Shown here: one piece after another, positions 1-25,150 of the stretch
Layout: each line of letters starts with the position of its first letter
Position numbering within the stretch: position 1 is the stretch's first letter
Assembly (NCBI RefSeq): GCF_009914755.1
Contig: NC_060930.1
DNA: 64,000 bases
Source: the human T2T-CHM13v2.0 reference genome, Homo sapiens
Reading direction: 5' to 3' (one strand)
Notes under the pieces: model-generated
Databases searched by the model: none
What the model saw: only the letters and a program-made list of their open reading frames with translations
What the model was told of the DNA's origin: nothing
Translations under genes and position numbers: made by a program

Positions 1-959
1 TTTTGTAGAGATGGGGGTCTCACTATGTTGCCAGGACTGGTCTTGAACCCCAGGGCTCCAGTGATCTTCCTGCCCCAGTCTCTCAAAGTGTTCATATTAT
101 AGTCATGAGCCACTGAGCCTGGCCGATTTAATTTAATATCTTTAAATGCTATTTTGTGATCCTGTCCATATTTTATAGGCCCAACAATAACAATTTTTTT
201 GTGGTAAAATATACAAACCATAAAATGTACCATTTTAACCATTTTTAAGTGTACAATTCAGTGCTATTAAGTACATTGACAGTGTTGTGCACCCATCACC
301 ACCAACGGTCTCTTGAACTTTTTCATCATCCCAAATTAAAATTCTGTACCCATTAAACAAAAAGTCCCCATTACCTGAAGAATAAACCTCCATTTTACTG
401 TAAGGTAGAGCTATCTAGGACAAAACCTTAATGTGTAAATTTCAGCTGTTTCTTTCATTTTCTGTTCCAAGTTTCATTTCTACATTCCTCCTCAGTTCTT
501 ATTCTCAGTTCTCTAATTTCTGAGCCTTTGCAGGGCAAATTAGTTCATTCTCATTGATATATCTTCTCTTCAGATATTAATACTTAAGTTATAGCTATCT
601 CCCCTCTGCTAGATGAGTTACCATTCTTCCAAACACTTTCTATCTTTCAAAAATACATTGAAATTTCTCATCTTCTGACTGGTTCTTTTTCATTACTTGT
701 CCTTTTGGTTTTATACCTTTTTTATTCCCCTATTTAATTTTCTTTGAGTTTTAGAAGGGAGAAGAAATGAGAGGTTGTATGCCATATTTATCCTGAAGTC
801 TAAAATTAATTAATTTTTTAAATTAATTGAGACTAACTTTTTAGTGCTGATATGATTTTAGGTACATGTGAATTGGTGATAACACATTGTATTCTCTCTC
901 CTAGATTGCTTAGATTGAGATTGATAACATATTAGCCTTCTTACTCATTTAAAATTCTT

Positions 960-1295
960 TGTCTGGGGTAGGGGAAATGGGAAGATACTGCTCAAAGGTT
1001 ATACATTTTCAGCTGTAAGTTGAATAAGTTCTAGCAATCTAGTGAGCAGTATGGTAACTGCAGTTAATAATAATGTATGATATACTTGAAATTTGCTAAG
1101 GGAGTAGATCATAAGTGTTCTCAACCACACAAAACGTGTAACTATGTGAGGTGATGGTTATATTAATTAGCTTGATTATGGGTATCATCACAGAAGGTAT
1201 ACTTGTATCAAAACACCATGTTGCATACTCTAAATATATACAGTTTTTTATATGTCTGTTATATGTCGATAAGTCTTGAAAAAACAAAAATATTA
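960..1295 (+). mobile_element. L1MA-type 3'UTR fragment
   Basis: TACTTGAAATTTGCTAAG...AGTAGATC..AAGTGTTCTCA, typical of the L1MA 3' end, followed by an A-rich tail. Confidence 0.75.
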
Positions 1296-1525
1296 AAAAA
1301 GATTCTCAAGTTTTTAAAGACTGATAGTTTTTCTGTAGTTGTAATGTAAAATAGTCACATTCCATTTTGATCCATGGTAACAATTTAAAAAATGACTTTA
1401 GGCCGGGCGCGGTGGCTCACGCCTGTAAGTAATCCCAGCGCTTTGGGAGGCAGAGGTGGGTGGATCACCTGAGGTCGGGAATTCGAGACCAGCCTGACCA
1501 ACATGGAGAAACCCCATCTCTACTA

Positions 1526-2124
<599 letters not shown>

Positions 2125-2129
2125 TAACT

Positions 2130-7925
<5,796 letters not shown>

Positions 7926-8138
7926 ATTAAACTGCTAGTTAGATTTAGAGTTTTGCTTAAATTTAACTTCATCTTTTGGGATGTTTATTTTTGGCAAGAA
8001 TACTTCATAAGTAATACTAGGCATTATGCACAAGTTTAGTGTCTATTAAAGTCAGTACGTATCATGTGGAATTTATTTGGATAAGAGAGAAACTAGTAGA
8101 TAAGCAAATCAGTATTGCATCTGGTTACTGTTTTTTAG

Positions 8139-8252
<114 letters not shown>

Positions 8253-8328
8253 TAAGGACAAAATGTCAGTGCTCAGTTACTTTAAGGAATGACGTCAATC
8301 CTCTTTTGTTCATTTCAAGTTTATTTAA

Positions 8329-8562
<234 letters not shown>

Positions 8563-8699
8563 TAAGGTCAGCATTGTTTTAATGGTCAGTGAGGAGGCCT
8601 TAGCTACAGTCATTGTTGTTCAGAGCCTCAGAAGATGAAGCCCAACACCTATACATTTTAAATAGTCTGTTTTTTGTTTGTTTGTTTGTTTGTTTTGAG

Positions 8700-8774
8700 A
8701 CGGAGTTTTGCTCTTGTTGCCCAGGATGGAGTGCAATGGTGCGATCTCGGCTCACCACAACCTCCCCCTGCCAG
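8700..8774 (+). CDS. MTO1: Alternative Alu-derived in-frame MTO1 cassette exon (75 nt, 25 aa)
   Basis: Antisense Alu with T-tract + GAG acceptor (AG 8698-8699) and donor CAG|GTTCGT at 8775. Phase 1/1, stop-free: [25 protein letters not shown]. Agrees with my recollection of a longer annotated MTO1 isoform. Confidence 0.8.
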
Positions 8775-9011
8775 GTTCGTGATTCTTCTGCCTCAGCCTC
8801 CTGAGTAACTGGGATTACAGGCATGCATCACCATGCCCGGCTAATTTTGTATTTTTAGTAGAGACAGGGTTTCTCCCTGTTGGTCAGGCTGGTCTCAAAC
8901 TCCCGACCTCAGGTGATCCACCCGCCTTGGCCCCCCAAAGTGCTGAGATTACAGGTGTGAGCCACTGCTCCTGACCTAAATAGTCTGTTTTTAAAGGGCA
9001 TTTAAGGGTAA

Positions 9012-9221
<210 letters not shown>

Positions 9222-9401
9222 TAAGATATTAATGTAAACTGAAAGGGACTATTTAACTGGTATTTCTCCTTTTAATGTCTGTTGTGTTAACTATGTAGAT
9301 CTTAGATACAATTCATACTAATAGAAGACAATTTATGTTTCAGGGTGTTTGGAGATGGCTTTTGTAGATAATAGGGTTTTTTTTTTTTTTTTTTTTTTGA
9401 G

Positions 9402-9521
9402 ACAGAGTGTTGCTCTGTTGCCAGGCTGGAGTGCAGTGATATGATCTCCCAGCTTCAAGCGATCCTCCTGCCTCAGCCCTCCCTAGTAGCTGGGACTGCA
9501 GGCATGCACCACAACACCCAG
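9402..9521 (+). CDS. MTO1: Second alternative Alu-derived in-frame MTO1 cassette exon (120 nt, 40 aa)
   Basis: Poly-T + GAG acceptor (AG 9400-9401). Donor CAG|GTAATT at 9522, where the Alu consensus reads CAGCTAATT. Phase 0/0, stop-free: [40 protein letters not shown]. Confidence 0.75.
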
Positions 9522-10443
9522 GTAATTTTTGCATTTTTAGTAGAGATATGGTTTCACTGTGTTGGCCAGGCTGGTCTCAAACTCCTGACCTCAGGTGATC
9601 CACCTGCCTTGGCTTCCCAAAGTGCTGGGATTACAGGTGTGAACCACCTTGCCCAGCCAATAATAGGATTATTAAAACACTATGGCTTTATTACTCTTTT
9701 CTGAGCTCCTGTGTGATATCATATTTTGATTAGATGTATTGCTTGTGAAGTTTAAAATTTATTTTAATATACTTCATTAGAAATTATTATATTATTATTC
9801 CTTGTAAGTCAGAAATTATTTTATTTTTATTTGCAAGTGGGAAAAGGCTAGAGAAGTTTCACAGGTGGGTTTTAAAAAAAGATTAACCGGCTGGGCATGG
9901 TGCGTCACACCTGTAATCCCAGCACTCTGGGAGGCTGAGGAGAGAGAATTGCTTGAGCCAGGAGTTCGAGACCAGCCTGAGTGATGTAGTGAGACCCCCA
10001 TCTCTACAAAAATATGTAAAAATTAGCCAGGTGTGACGGCATGTGCCTATAGTCCCAGCTACTTGGGGGGATGAGGTGGGAGGATTGCTTAAACTCAGGA
10101 AGTCGAGGCTGCAGTGAGCCAAGATTATGCCATTACACCCCAGCCTAGGTAACAGGGGAAGACCCTGTCTCCGGATAAAAAAAAGATTAGTCCCCGCAGA
10201 GTGCAGCTTATCAGGAAGATTAGATAGATATCTCTGAAAACAATGAATCATAGCCTTCTAAAGTGATATATTACCCATATTCTATTTCTGAATATGGATC
10301 ACATTTTCTACCTCTATTATATCCCTTAGGGGCAATACTTGCTTTCTTCCTGTCCCATGCCATTGTTTCTGAGTAGTGTTCTGAATGGGATAGCCGTTTG
10401 TTTAGTTCATAATGGCCTTTTAAACATTTCAGTGCTCTTGTAG

Positions 10444-10740
<297 letters not shown>

Positions 10741-10743
10741 TGA

Positions 10744-11040
<297 letters not shown>

Positions 11041-11189
11041 TAGACCTTTCTCACTTTTTATAGAAAAATAAGATCATAAGATCATTTCATAGAGACATTA
11101 CCTATGTGTTCCTACCTACACATTTCAAATGAATGTAGCTTGTTTTTGGCTTCTTTTCAAAATCCGTTAGCTGTAACTCATCTTTTTTC

Positions 11190-11495
<306 letters not shown>

Positions 11496-11521
11496 CTAAC
11501 TCATCTGTTTTCTAAGTATTA

Positions 11522-11809
<288 letters not shown>

Positions 11810-12211
11810 TCAAAGAAAAGAAAAAATCACATATATATATATATTCTAAATTATTATTTTTATTTTTTATATGATTTCTCTGTGGCTCCCATTGAGTTCT
11901 TTTGGCTTTCATAAGATTTAGAAGGCTCAAACCAAGAAAAGTTGTTATCTGCTTTCTTTTCTAGTCTTGGAGCAATGTGGAATGATCTGATCTTGTCCAT
12001 GAGCTATAGCAAGGAAACTCCTTTGTTTTTAATTTTTTTGAGATGGAGTTTCACTCTCCTTGCTCAGGCTAGAGTGCAATGGTGCGATCTCGGCTCATCG
12101 CAACCTCCCAGCTTCTGGGTTCAAGTGATTCTCCTGCCTCAGCCTCCCAAGTAGTTGGGATTACAGGCGCCTGCCACCACACCTGGCTATTTTTTTTTTT
12201 TTTTTTTTTGA

Positions 12212-12307
<96 letters not shown>

Positions 12308-12310
12308 TGA

Positions 12311-12499
<189 letters not shown>

Positions 12500-12648
12500 T
12501 GAGGGTTTCCCAAAGCACTAGCACCAGCAATGAAACAGATTTTTAATAATAGTAACAGCAGGTTTTAAAGAATTTGCGTAATCATCTTTCATATCAGGGG
12601 ATCTCATTCATAGAAATGACAGCCTTATTCACAAATAAGGATGGTGGA

Positions 12649-13014
12649 TATCTTTGTCCATTCAGACTGCTATAACAAAACACCTTAGACTGGATAATTT
12701 ATAAACAACAGTAATTTATTGCTGACAGTTTTGGAGACTGAAGTCCAAGATCAAGGCACCAGCAGATTAGGTGTCTGGTGAGGGCTTGCTGTTTGCTTCC
12801 AAGATGGTGCCTTCTTGCTGTGTTCTCACATAGCAAAAGGGCAAAAAGCTCCCCAACCCTCTTTTATTGGGGCACTAATCCCACTTATAAGCGCCAGAAC
12901 CCTCATGCCCTAATCACCTCCTAAGGGCCCCACCTCTAAAAACTGTCATATTGAGCATTAGATTCCAACATAAGAATTTAAGTGGGGGATACTACCAACA
13001 TTCAGACTATAGCA
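12649..13014 (-). mobile_element. MaLR solo LTR (MST/MLT1A-like)
   Basis: Termini T(A)TCTTTGTCC...CATTCAGACTATAGCA; 5-bp TSD GTGGA on both sides. Confidence 0.85.
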
Positions 13015-14850
13015 GTGGATATATTTGTTTACTAGCTAACTGGCTTACACTAGGCACCAGGAAATGGTTGTAGTGTAAGCAGTTTAAAATTGACTCATTT
13101 CTCCAGCTGTTTATTCATTTGTTTAAATTTAGGAGGGTTCACATTATTTCAAAAGTTGGACAAATAATTTATAACACAGGCCAGGCACAGTGGCTCATGC
13201 CTGTAATCCCATCGTTTTGGGAGGCTGAGGTGGGCAGATCACTTGAGGCCAGAAGTCAAGACCAGACATGGCAAAACCCTGTCTCTACTAAAAATACAAA
13301 AATTAGCCAGGCATGGTGGAGCACACCTGTAATCCCAGCTATTCAAGAGGCTGAGGGAGGAGAATCACTTGAACCTAGAAGGCAGAAGTTGCAGTGAGCC
13401 GAAATCACACCACTGCACTCCAGCCTGCGTGACACAGCAAGTCTCTGTATCAAAAAAAAAAAAAAAAAGAATTTATATAACACTATGCTTTCTTTTATAA
13501 CAAATATCACACTAATTCGTGTAATAGGAACTTGCATTGAATGTGACTGATGTGTATTGATGAATATTGAGAGTGTGGGAAGTGATCGTTTTCAGCAGTC
13601 TCAGATGCTAACTGATGAATAAAAAGATGAACAAATGAACAATGAAAACTTATCAGCTATGTTTTTACCATAACAATCCCAGGAGTAGCCATTTTGTTTA
13701 GATGGATTTTTTTTAAAAAGGTCAGTTTAAAAAGGTAATTTGGCCAGATTCCTTTTTAATTCAGGCATATTTCCCTTCAGGAGGAATCAGTCTACATATT
13801 TGATTTGAGAATATTTGCAGTCTACCACTTAGCCTTTCTTTCTTTCTTTTTTTTTTTTTTTGAGACGGAGTCTCACTCTGTCACCCAGGCTGGAGTGCAA
13901 TGGCACAATCTTGGCTCACTGCAACCTCCGCCTCCTGGGTTCAAGTGATTCTCCTGCCTCAGCCTTCTGAGTAGCTGGGCCTACAGGCGCTTGCCACCAT
14001 GCCTGGCTAATTTTTGTTTGTATTTTTAGTAGAGACAGGGTTTCACCGTGTTAGCCAGGATGGTCTCAATCTCCTTACCTCAAGATCTGCCTGCCTTGGC
14101 CTCCCAAAGTGCTGGGATTACAGGCATGAGTCACTGTGCCCGGCCTTAGCCTTTTTTAGCGAACTCACTTGATCAATGCCCAGACATATAAAGCTAAAAA
14201 GATTTTAAAATCTGGTTAAAAATACACTTGCTGCATACATGCCAGACTATGTAGTAAGCGCTGACCAGTTGAACCTGACTCTGAACAGGCATTTAACAGA
14301 AGAGATACACAAATGCATGTACATGTGCACCTATGCGTAACACATACACACACACACACACACATTTTCTGTCAGGATTACAGAGAAATGTATTGATGTG
14401 TTAGGTAGCTCAGAAATTCCCTCCTGGCTTTGTTGAAGTATGCTAACTTATCCATTCTTTGCCAGAGCTCTGTACTCTGAGGCTTAGGCTTGATTCAAAG
14501 CAGTTCTTGAAGTTTGGAGTTGAGAATAGCTCAAAGCCTTGTGAACAGATTTTTTTAAAACTATCTCGAATTCTGGTGCTCAGGTGATTCTCCTACCTCT
14601 GCCTCCCAAAGTGCTGGGATTACAGACATAATCCCCCCAAAAAAGAACATAATTACCATCTTTACTATTTGTAAGTGTACATTTCAGTAGTTTAAGTATA
14701 TTCATATGGTTGCAAAATAGATCTCCAGGACTTTTTCATCTTGCAAAACTCAAACACTATACCCATTAGACAGTAACTCCCCCTTTCTCTCCTTCCCCCA
14801 GCCCCTGGTAACCCCATTCTACTCTGTTTCTATGGATTTGACTAGAATCA

Positions 14851-15159
<309 letters not shown>

Positions 15160-15190
15160 TCATACAGTATGTGTTTTTGTGACTGGCTTA

Positions 15191-15391
<201 letters not shown>

Positions 15392-15992
15392 TCATCTACC
15401 TTGTAACATGTAACAGGATTTTATTCCTTTTTAAGGTTGAATGATACTCCATTTTATGTATATACCACATTGTGTTTATCTATTCATCTGTTGATGGACA
15501 CTTGAGTTGCTTTCACCTTATTGTAAATGTAAATGTTAATGTACATGTTAGTGCTGCTATGAACATGGGTATACAAAGATATCTTCAAGACCCTGCTTTC
15601 AATTTTTTTTTTTTTTTTTTTGAGACCGTCTCACTCTGTCACTCAGATTGGAGTGGCACAATTTCTGCTCACTGCAACCTTCGCCCCCTGGTTCCAGCTA
15701 TTCTTGTGCCTCAGCCTCCCAAGTAGCTGGGATTACAGGCACCCACCAGTAATCCCAGCTACTTTTTGTATTTTTAGTAGAGATGGGGTTTCACCATGTT
15801 GGCTAGGCTGGTCTCGAACTCCTGACCACCTGCCTCGGCCTCCCAAAATGCTGGAATTACAGGCATGACCCACCACACCTGGCCCCTGCTTTCAATTTTT
15901 TTGAGTGTATACCCAGAAGTGGAATTGCAGCATCATGTGGTAGTTGTAGGTCTCTGTGGGTTTTTTTTTTTTTTTTCTTAGTTTTTTTTTTT

Positions 15993-16280
15993 AGAGACAG
16001 GATCTCGCTATGTTTCCCAGGCTGGAGTGCAGTGGCTTTTCACAGGCACAGATCCCACTATTGATCAGCACAGGAGTTTTGGCTGACCTGGGCTGGCTCA
16101 CGCCTTCTTAGGCAACCTGGTAATCCCCCACTCCTGGGAGGTCACCATATTGATGCTGAACTTAGTGTGGAGACCCAATCAGCGTAGAGCACTACAGTCC
16201 AGAACTCCTGGGCTCAAGCGATCCTCCCGCCTCAGCCTCCCGAGTAGCTGAGACTACATGCTCGCACCACCACACCTGGC
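15993..16280 (-). pseudogene. 7SL (SRP) RNA processed pseudogene, near full length
   Basis: Alu-domain ends plus the central S domain (reverse complement CCTGGGAGGTCACCATATTGATGCTGAACTTAGTG), which Alu lacks; poly-T tail at 15961-15992. Confidence 0.93.
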
Positions 16281-16478
16281 AGTAGTTCTAATTTTAATTT
16301 TTTGAGGAACTGTTTTCTATCGTGATCGCATCATTTTACAGTCCCTTCAACAGTGCACAAGATTGCCCATTTCTCCACATACTCACCAACAGTTGTCATC
16401 TTCTGTTTTTTGATAGTAGCCATCCTAGTGGATGTGAGGTGATATCTCATTGTGGCTTTGATTTTATTTCTCTGATGA

Positions 16479-16757
<279 letters not shown>

Positions 16758-17025
16758 TAGAGACAGGATCTTGCTGTGTTGCCAAGGTTGGTCTTGAACT
16801 CCTGGCCACAATTAACTCTCCCACCTTGGTCTCCCAAAGCACTAGGATTACAGACGTAGTCACCATGCCTCGCCAGATTTTTTTATTGTTGAATTGTAGT
16901 TCTTTATGTATACTGGATATTAACCCCATTTCAGATATATGATTTACAAATATTTTCTCCCATTCTGTGGATTGTGTTTTCACTCTGTTGTTTGTATCCT
17001 TTGATGTACATTTTAAAAAAATTTA

Positions 17026-17473
<448 letters not shown>

Positions 17474-17674
17474 TTAAGGCCTTTCCTTAGGTCTTTAATA
17501 CATATTGTGTTGATTTTTGTATATGACATAAGGTAAGGGTCCAACTTCATTCTTTTGCTGTTTGGATATCCAGCTTTCTCAACATTATTTGTTGAAGAAA
17601 CCCCCATTGGGTGGTCTTGGTATGCTTGTCAAAATCATTTGATTATATAGTGAGGGTTTATTTCTGGGTTTTCT

Positions 17675-18954
<1,280 letters not shown>

Positions 18955-20342
18955 CTATGTATCTGTCTTTGTGCCAGTACCATGCTGTTTTGATTACTGT
19001 AGCTTTGTAATATGTTTGAAATCAGGAAGTATAAGGCCTCTAACCATGTTCTTTTTTCAAAATTGTTTTGATTATTTGGGGTTCCTTGTGATTCCATACA
19101 AATTTTAGGATGAAATTTTCTATTTCTAAAAAAAAAAAGCCATGGCAATAACCTTCTAAGTAAATTACAGCAAAATAAAGGTATATGTAAATGAAGTAAG
19201 TAATAATTAACAGAGCAACAAGTGACCTAGCTAGGTCCATTTTAGGAGAAGGTCTGGGTCAAGTTGGGGGTGGGGGCTTTGTAATATCAAGAGGGGAGAC
19301 CTGAGATCAGTATAAAAGGGATTAAAGTGGTCATAGGAGCTCCAGCACTTCTGAAGGCTAAACACAGCTGAAGTTTTGCTCACTAGTTTGATCTCAACAA
19401 GTGCCAGTGAATTAAGTTATTGGAAATCTCACTGGATCTATGTGCATTAATACTTAGGCATGTTCTTTTGTTGGCCTAGGTAAGTTGCCTGGGAATTTTA
19501 GTAATTGTCCCTGCTATCTGCATACATTGCTCTCCTCTCCCAAGGAAAGGTAAGGCATTGGCCATGGAGGCTTTAGCCCATCCAGAGTGGGTAGTAGAAG
19601 CAGAATTGAGAAGTGACTATCAAAAATTTCCATGTGGTAAAAGTTGACATGTAGATTATACCAAATTAGGAAAAAAAAAAAAATCAGACAGAATATTTAT
19701 GAACCAGCCGGGCACAGTAGCTCACTCATGTAATCCTGGCACTTTGGGAGGCCGAGGTACGCAGATCACCTGGGCAACATGACAAAACCCTGTCTCTACA
19801 AAAAAAAAAAAAAGAAGAAGAAGAAGAAAAAGACTTATGAACCCCTATATCATTTTTATCAGTTTGTTTTGCAGAGACTTAAAACATGCTCATAATGGCC
19901 TCTTGTTCTTCCTTAGGGAGTTCAGTAAAAGAAAGCAGGAGATCACTGTCATGGTTCCTAGCATGCAAAAGGATGACTAATTCACAGGACTGTAGGACTT
20001 AACATGGCTTAGATGTAAAGTACATTCCAGTGCTTAGGGAATTCAGTGAAACCCTTGTTATGAGATGATATTCTATATGAAAGGAAAGACAAATGGATTA
20101 CAGCCATGCCACCCTTACCAGCAACTTAATTCTCCAGATAAGGAGTTGGGGAAAATCAAATAATACATCTTATTGAGGTGCTACTGTTTAGCAGATGCTG
20201 CTGCATTTGCTCACTATACTTAGAAATAATCTTTTGGGGCCGGGCGCAGTGGCTTATGCCTGTAATCCCAGCAGTTTAGCGGATCACGAGGTCAGGAGTT
20301 CGAGACCAGCCTGGCCAGCATGGTGAAACCCCGTCTCTACTA

Positions 20343-20762
<420 letters not shown>

Positions 20763-20854
20763 TAATTTTTGACTTAACATACCTTTATCATATGTGCAAA
20801 TTATGAATAGACAACAGATCCATTATTACTGTTGGACCAGCACAGTGTTAGCTT

Positions 20855-21337
20855 CTGTGCTTTTCAAAAGTGTGGTCCTCAGCTAAGAGCATTGCAACAC
20901 CTACAAGCTTGTTAGAAATACAGAATCTTGGCTGGGCACAGTGGCTCATGCCTATAATCCCAGCACTTTGGGAGGCTGAGGTGGGCTGATTTCTTGAGCC
21001 TGGGCATTCCGGACCAGCCTGGCCAATATGGCAAAACCCTGTCTCTACAAAAAAAATACAAAAAATTAGCTGGATGTGAAGATACATGCCTGTAGTGCCA
21101 ACTACTATGGAGACAGAGGTGGGAGGATTGCTTGAGGCTGGGAGGTGGAGGTTGCAGTGAGCCAAGATCGCTGTACTCCAGCCTGGGTGACAGAGCAAGA
21201 TGGCATCTAAAAAAAAAAAAAAAAATTAAAAAAAGGAAATACAGACCCTCAGGCTTCACCTCAGACCCACTGAGAATCTATATTTAAACATGCTTTTCAG
21301 GTGATTTACATGCACATTTCAAATAAGTGGTACTGCA
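20855..21337. mobile_element. MER5A-like MITE split by an Alu (20929-21235)
   Basis: AAAGTGTGGTCC...CTTGTTAGAAATACAGA [Alu] AAATACAGACCCTCAGGC...CAGGTGATTTACATGCACA. Confidence 0.65.
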
Positions 21338-21354
21338 GAGTCCTCCTATAAATA

Positions 21355-21366
21355 AATATATATATA

Positions 21367-21404
<38 letters not shown>
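21355..21404. repeat. (AT)n(GT)n microsatellite; a second (GT)n at about 21765-21800
   Basis: Read directly from sequence. Confidence 0.9.
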
Positions 21405-21406
<2 letters not shown>

Positions 21407-21423
21407 TTTTTTTTTTTTTTTGA

Positions 21424-21528
<105 letters not shown>

Positions 21529-21760
21529 TGAGTAGCTGGGATTACAGGCATGCACCACCACGCCTGGCTAATTTTTTGTATTTTTAGTGTTCACGGGGTT
21601 TCACCATGTTGGCCAGGCTGGTCTCGAACTCCTGCTCAGGTGATCTGCCTGCCTCGGCCTCCCAAAGTGCCAGGGATTACAGGCGTGAGCCACTGCACCT
21701 GGCCAAAAATAAATATTTTTTATAGGAGGGCACCACAGTACCACTTATTTGAAATGTGCA

Positions 21761-21804
<44 letters not shown>

Positions 21805-21821
21805 GGTTTTTTCTTTTTTGA

Positions 21822-22148
<327 letters not shown>

Positions 22149-22283
22149 TTATACTCTCCCCACCTAATGTTTTAATAATGAGAAAAATAATACTATCTTT
22201 GGCTTTGACAGTATACTGAAATACTCTACCATTGACAAATACTTACTTTGTATCAATACTCTTGGTCAGTTTATAGACCATCA

Positions 22284-22713
<430 letters not shown>

Positions 22714-24249
22714 TCATGGGTGGAAAATGATGTAGTGAAAAAAGCAGGGAACAGGATAACATGGTGAGAAGGGAAGACAAAGTTGGATGATGGTGTGCTG
22801 TTCAAACAGGAAAAGACTATGCTCTTTGGGAACCAGCCAGAATGGTGATCATGCTGCATTCCTTCTAGCAGTGGCATTTTCTTTTTTTTTCTTTTTTTTT
22901 TTTTTTGAGACGGAGTCTCGCTTTGTCGCCCAGGCTGGATTCCAGTGGCGCAATTTTGGCTCACTGCAACCTCCACCTCCTGGGTTCAAACAATTCTCCT
23001 GCCTCAGCCTCCTGAGTAGCTGTGAGTACAGGCATGCACCACCACGCCTGGCTAATTTTTTTATTTTTAGTAGAGACGGGGTTTCACTATTTGGCCAGGC
23101 TGGTCTTGAACTCCTGACTTCAGGTGATCCACCCGCCTCGGCCTCCCAAAGTGCTGGGATTACAGGCATGAGGCACTGCTCCTGGCCTTTTTTTTTTTTT
23201 TGAGACAGAGTCTTACTCTGTCACCCTGTCGCCCAGGCTGGAGTGCAGTGATGCAATCTGAATTCACTGCAACCTCGGCCTCCTGGGTTCAAGCCGTTCT
23301 CCTGCCTCAGCCTCTCAGGTAGCTGGGACTATAGGCGCGCACCACCACACCTGGCTAATTTTTGTATTTTTTTTAGTAGAGACAGTGTTTCACCATGTTG
23401 GCCAGGCTGGTCTCAAACACCTGACCTCAGATGATCTGCCCACTTCGGCCTCCCAAAGTTGTTGGGATTACAAGCGTGAGCCACCATACCCAGCCAGCAT
23501 TTTTTTCAGTCCCACAAAGGCCTATCACCTTGCAATGCTTTGGATGTCTGTGTAGGATGACCCAAGTGCTACCTACCATTCCACCACACAAGTTTACAAA
23601 AGTCTAGCAACAAAAGGAAACTCATCAGAAACTCTAGAATTATTCTTCCAAATTATTAAACACTAGCAATATATTAAGGTAGAAGAAGGATCGTTGACCT
23701 GTTATTTTACCATCACAATTTCTCTATTGAGTAAAAATTTCTTTATTAAACACTTAGGGCTGTTAGCTCTGGGGAAGAGTGATTATATATTTTAAACTTG
23801 GTTTGCAGTTTAACTTTGTTCAATAAATCGTCAGGTTCAGGTTAGGATAATCCAGAAAAATTATCATTAACTTGTTCATAGAAAGCCCTGACTTCAAACA
23901 TTGAATAGCTACTGTTTTTACTTGTTCTTTAAAGACTCTGGCATATATAAAGACTCTCATAACTATCATGGCTTAAAAAAAAAAACTATACTAGATTGAA
24001 ATATAACACATATCAGTGGTTTTCAGATTGCTACCTGAATCCCTCCACTAGACAAAACATTTCTTGAGGGCATAAATCAGTGTGAGATTCTTCTTTGTAT
24101 TCTCTCTCTTGTTTTGTTATATGTGAATACATATAACATTATACCCTTATATACCTTTAGCATATGCATTACCTCATATATTTCATGATACCTTGAAGAG
24201 TCTATTCTTGAGTCATAACATTATATTACAATTTGCTGTACTAATTTAT

Positions 24250-24450
24250 TATATTACAATATTATATAAGCTATTTACATGCATTATTTCATTTGATACT
24301 TAGAACTGCCCTGTGAAGGACAGATATTAGCATTGTTGTCCCAGTTTTACAGATAAGTGGTAATTGCCCAAGATCACACAGTTGGTGAGTGGCAGAGCTG
24401 GGACTGGAACCTACCTTGTCTGATTGCAAATCCTGTGTACTTCACAACTA
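24250..24450 (-). mobile_element. MIR remnant
   Basis: TTTTACAGATAAG...TTGCCCAAGATCACACAG...AGTGGCAGAGCTGGGA core. Confidence 0.7.
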
Positions 24451-24881
24451 TTCTTTGTTGCCATAAAGACCCTCAGAAGTCATCTGGGCCAGCCCTTGCA
24501 ATTTCTAGAAAAAGAAGCTAAGTCCCAAAATGATGATGATGTACGCATAGTCAGAGGGTAATTCATTGTTGGAGTCAGACACAGAGATGAGATGTTCTGG
24601 CTGCCAGTTAAGTGATGGGAAAAGATGCTACCAAAACCTCAGAGGACTCCCTTTCTTGAACAGGACAGAATAAGCACCTCAATTTAGGTTTTAAAACAGG
24701 TTTTTAATTTAATTTTCTAAGAGCAGAATGCTTTAAACAAAATAATTGCTGAATTATCTTCCTAACATCACTTTTGAACAATCCCTTAACTAAATTATTT
24801 AAATTATGTTTTGTCAACTAAGAAGCTTTACTTTTAAAATTTATAGCTCTATATGAAGATAATTTAAAAAACCATTTTCTT

Positions 24882-25150
24882 TTTTTTTTCTTTTTTTTAA
24901 TTATTATTATTATACTTTAAATTTTAGGGTACATGTGCACAATGTGCAGGTTAGTTACATATGTATACATGTGCCATGCTGGTGTGCTGCACCCATTAAC
25001 TCATCATTTAGCATTAGATCTCCTAATGCTATCCCTACCCCCTCCCCCCACCCCACAACAGTCCCCAGAGTGTGATGTTCCCCTTCCTGTGTCCATGTGT
25101 TCTCATTGTTCAATTCCCATCTATGAGTGAGAACATGCAGTGTTTGGTTC
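24882..25150 (-). mobile_element. Short L1PA 3'-end insertion
   Basis: L1PA 3'UTR (TAGGGTACATGTGCACAATGTGCAGG...) with poly-T; TSD AAAAAACCATTTTCTT on both sides. Confidence 0.9.
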
